The position numbers were made by a program, and so were the translations under genes. This document shows positions 12,094-14,748 of a stretch of DNA of 14,748 bases, piece by piece. Position 1 is the stretch's first letter. The number at the start of each line of letters is the position of its first letter. Origin of the DNA: Rhodothermales bacterium (GTDB lineage: Bacteria > Bacteroidota > Rhodothermia > Rhodothermales > VXPQ01); contig JBBDTI010000011.1 in assembly GCA_040904565.1 (NCBI GenBank), positions 1 to 14,748 of the forward strand, in the 5' to 3' direction. The notes below the pieces were generated by a model. That model did not search any database. It had not been told where the DNA came from and worked only from the letters and a program-made list of their open reading frames with translations.

Positions 12094-14244
12094 TTAGTTG
12101 GAAGGCAGCGCAAACGCTACGTAGGCCGGCGTACCCGAATCATCGTCCCCCCCCGGCACCGAGACGACCACGTACTGCCTGCCGCCGACCTCGTAGACGG
12201 CCGGAATCCCTTCGCCAGATGCTGGAAGATCGCCCGTCCACAATACGCTGCCATCCTCGACGTCGTACGCGATCAGCTGGCGGGCAGCCGCCTGAAAAAT
12301 GAGTCCGCCGGCCGTAACTGCCGGCCCGCCGGAAACGATGCTAACCCCCGTGCCCGTAATCCCGCGATCGGCCAGTGCCGGCTCATCGCCTACGGGCACC
12401 TGCCACTTCATCGTCCCCTCGTTCAGATCGTAGGCCGTCAGGCGTACCCAGGGCGGCTTCGCGAGCGGCAGGCCGTCGCTGTCGACGATGTGATCCCATC
12501 CGCTTTGATAGCGCACGGGCCCGTCCGTTGACGTATCGTCTGACGTGCCCGACGACAGGGCAAGATCGGGCGTGGCGAGATACGACCGAAGCGCCTGAAG
12601 CTCACCCTCTCCGAGATGCCCGAACGAGGGCATCGTGCCGCGTGGACTGCTCAGCACGTCGGAGAACTCACTTTCACTGAGCCGGTGCGTCACGTCGTGC
12701 AGGGACGGAATCCCGGCCGGCGGCTGACCGCCGAGGTCCGCTCCGTGACAGAGACTGCAATTCTCCTGGTACAACACGAGTCCTCTGTCGATAGGAGACC
12801 CCCCTGTCCCGAGCTGCGTACCGGTGATTTCCTTCAGCTCCATGACCATCGGCCGGTTGCGTGCGAGGACGAAAAACGTCCCGGTGCCCGGATCGGCGGC
12901 CGTGGATCCCCAGTTGGAGCCACCCGAGTTACCGGGTATCTGCAACGTCGGATGCGTGCTCGGCGGCGTGTACAGCCCCTCGTAGTCCATATTCCCGACC
13001 ACCTGTAAGATCGAATCCCGCTCCGCGTCCTTCAGATATGGATTTGCATCCTTATCGAGATCGAACGTGATGGGCAGAAACGGCTCCGGTTTGGTCGGAA
13101 ACGGCTGCGTGGGCCATGCCTGTTCGCCCGGCATCTTGGAGGGCGGCACGGATCGCTCCTCAATAGGCCAGAGAGGTTCACCCGTCTCACGGTTGAAGAC
13201 GAATACGAAGCCTTGCTTCAGCGCCTGAGCGACCACATCCACCGGCTCGCCTTCGTGCTCGACCGTAAGGAGCACCGGACTCGCGGCCAGGTCGTAGTCC
13301 CACAGATCGTGATGAACGGTCTGAAAGTGCCATATACGCTCGCCGGTCCGCGCGTCGAGCGCGACGAGCGAATTGGCGAACAGATTCTTCCCTGGGCGAT
13401 CGACGCCGTAAAAATCGTAGTTGGCGGATCCGAGTGGGACATACGCGATGCCGCGTTCTCTGTCGACGCTCAGTCCGCCCCAGGCGTTGGCCCCGCCGCG
13501 TGCCGTGTTCGGATCGAAATTGTCGTTGTCGGACCGTCCTTCGGGCCAGGTATCATATCCGAACTCGCCCGGCTGCGGAAGCGTGTTGAAAATCCACTCC
13601 TGGCTCCCCGTCCGCACATTGAACGCGCGAATGTGCCCGGGAGCGACGTTGTAGCCCTCCCCCGGAGACGACCCGTAAATGATCAGGTCCTCAAAAACGA
13701 CCCCCGGTGCCGGACCGGTCGCCCTCATCACGAGCTCGGGATCCGGTCCGAGTCCGTATCTCAGATCTACTCGCCCGCCCGTGCCGAAATCTTCCAGCAA
13801 TTCTCCCGTCTTGGCATCCAATCCGACGAGATAACGACTTCCTTCCTGGAAGAAGACGCGACGGTCGGACCGGTCGTCACTCTGCCAGTACGACACGGCG
13901 CGCGCTCGGAATCCGGCTGTGGGGAACGACCACAGCTCGCGCCCGGTGCCGGCGTGCAGAGCGACGACGGCGTTGTCCTCACCGACGACGTACATAAAGG
14001 TGTCGGCCACAATCGGATTGATCCGCGGCACGTCCGGCGATTCGTACATCCACGCAACTTCAAGTTGATGGACGTTCGAGCGGTTGATCTGGTCGAGCGA
14101 CGAAAAACTGGTCGCACCGGACGGCCCCTCGTACCGCATCCACGACCCGTCGCCCACCGAGGAATCCACAACGTCGCCGCCGCAGCCGGATAGCACTCCG
14201 GTCAAAACGACGACGAGAAAATTGCAAAAAAATGCTCGATTCAT
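12094..14244 (-). CDS. PQQ-dependent glucose/quinate-dehydrogenase-like quinohemoprotein (PQQ beta-propeller with inserted cytochrome c), lipoprotein
   Basis: Lipobox VLSGC after ATG 14244. An alternative GTG at 14307 overlaps the upstream TGA. Motifs SSLDQIN..NV..L.VAW, GHIRAFNVRTG...W.F, GGANAW, NLFANSLVALDARTG..IWHFQTVHHDLWDYD, PTQPFP, GGSNWG, haem motif CSLCH with GTMPSF, KPPW..LTAYDLNEG..KW, PAVYEVGGRQYVVV. Confidence 0.92.
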   Translation of the reverse strand: MNRAFFCNFLVVVLTGVLSGCGGDVVDSSVGDGSWMRYEGPSGATSFSSLDQINRSNVHQLEVAWMYESPDVPRINPIVADTFMYVVGEDNAVVALHAGTGRELWSFPTAGFRARAVSYWQSDDRSDRRVFFQEGSRYLVGLDAKTGELLEDFGTGGRVDLRYGLGPDPELVMRATGPAPGVVFEDLIIYGSSPGEGYNVAPGHIRAFNVRTGSQEWIFNTLPQPGEFGYDTWPEGRSDNDNFDPNTARGGANAWGGLSVDRERGIAYVPLGSANYDFYGVDRPGKNLFANSLVALDARTGERIWHFQTVHHDLWDYDLAASPVLLTVEHEGEPVDVVAQALKQGFVFVFNRETGEPLWPIEERSVPPSKMPGEQAWPTQPFPTKPEPFLPITFDLDKDANPYLKDAERDSILQVVGNMDYEGLYTPPSTHPTLQIPGNSGGSNWGSTAADPGTGTFFVLARNRPMVMELKEITGTQLGTGGSPIDRGLVLYQENCSLCHGADLGGQPPAGIPSLHDVTHRLSESEFSDVLSSPRGTMPSFGHLGEGELQALRSYLATPDLALSSGTSDDTSTDGPVRYQSGWDHIVDSDGLPLAKPPWVRLTAYDLNEGTMKWQVPVGDEPALADRGITGTGVSIVSGGPAVTAGGLIFQAAARQLIAYDVEDGSVLWTGDLPASGEGIPAVYEVGGRQYVVVSVPGGDDDSGTPAYVAFALPSN

Positions 14245-14303
14245 AGTCCGTAAAAGGCCGCGCGAAACGAGGACCCGGCGCATCGGCGGACACGCCTCCA
14301 CCC

Positions 14304-14748
14304 TCACTCCGCAACGGCATCTGGTTGTGACAAGAAAATGTTGGTACCGTAGCGGGTAGCCGACATCACGTCAGGCAGCCCGTCTCCGTTCAGGTCAGCC
14401 GTCGTCATGTCGGTACCGACGCCCGTATGGTTGTTAATCAGCTCCGGTTCGAACCGGACAATGTCCCCGTCTCGAACGAGACGGAACCAGTACATCACGG
14501 GATCGCCGAACGCATCGGGATCCGTAGGATTCTCCCCGAAATGCGCCCACCAGCGCTTGCCCGTCACGATATCTTTCAGTCCATCCCCGTCGATGTCGTC
14601 CAGAAAGGCCACTTCGTTATCCACGGACGGAATGACCATATACTTCTCCCATCGGCGTACCTCCTCTCCCGGATTCACGTAGAGGAATCCGGGGCGACCC
14701 GGCTCTCCCGTATGGAGCACGTCGGGATATCCATCACCCGTAACGTCG
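14304..14748 (-). CDS. FG-GAP/VCBS repeat protein, C-terminal part (5' end outside the window); paralog of 10040-11908 with an apparent internal deletion
   Basis: The frame is open from the window edge: DVTGDGYPDVLHTG...LYVNPGEE.RRW...NEVAFLDDIDGDGLKDIVTGKRWWAH...YWFRLVRD...RFEPELINNHTGVG...DLNGDGLPDV. It is collinear with the C-terminal domain of 10040-11908. Confidence 0.85.
   Translation of the reverse strand, partial: DVTGDGYPDVLHTGEPGRPGFLYVNPGEEVRRWEKYMVIPSVDNEVAFLDDIDGDGLKDIVTGKRWWAHFGENPTDPDAFGDPVMYWFRLVRDGDIVRFEPELINNHTGVGTDMTTADLNGDGLPDVMSATRYGTNIFLSQPDAVAE

Noticed and set aside
12147-12154. C8 homopolymer (also A7 at 14226-14232) as a phase-variation tract
   Set aside because: Short and in frame. 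The C8 tract encodes Pro-Gly-Gly-Asp near the C-terminus. No evidence of slippage.
13290-13313. WDYD motif as evidence of a lanthanide-dependent (XoxF-like) enzyme
   Set aside because: HHDLWDxD is the normal motif of glucose/quinate-type PQQ dehydrogenases, so it is not diagnostic here.
1-14748. CRISPR arrays, tRNA/rRNA, IS/integrase, defence or toxin genes
   Set aside because: No regularly spaced repeats, RNA-gene signatures or recombinase/nuclease motifs seen. Coding space is fully explained by metabolic genes.

Overview
GC-rich bacterial chromosomal segment with 13 protein-coding genes (two cut by the window ends) and no rRNA, tRNA, CRISPR or mobile element visible. The Shine-Dalgarno-poor starts and the YceI type suggest an FCB-group/Rhodothermota-like organism (inference). 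Ten of the twelve genes with a visible N-terminus carry export signals. Left: two Tat-lipoprotein amidohydrolases (an N-acyl-D-amino-acid deacylase-like gene missing from the ORF track, and a phosphotriesterase/lactonase-family gene), a divergent 3-hydroxyisobutyrate/tartronate-semialdehyde-reductase family dehydrogenase, and a YceI protein. Centre, + strand: Tat Gfo/Idh/MocA oxidoreductase, signal-less ApbE flavin transferase, Tat Gfo/Idh/MocA with a degenerate EKP->EAP motif, Tat glucose-fructose-oxidoreductase-like enzyme, and a lipoprotein of unknown function. Right, - strand: FG-GAP repeat protein (apparently missing three repeats), PQQ glucose-dehydrogenase-like lipoprotein with an inserted cytochrome c, and a DUF1080-like + FG-GAP fusion. 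The best candidate for an undescribed system is the Gfo-ApbE-Gfo module, possibly a flavinylation-dependent periplasmic sugar/glycoside oxidation complex.
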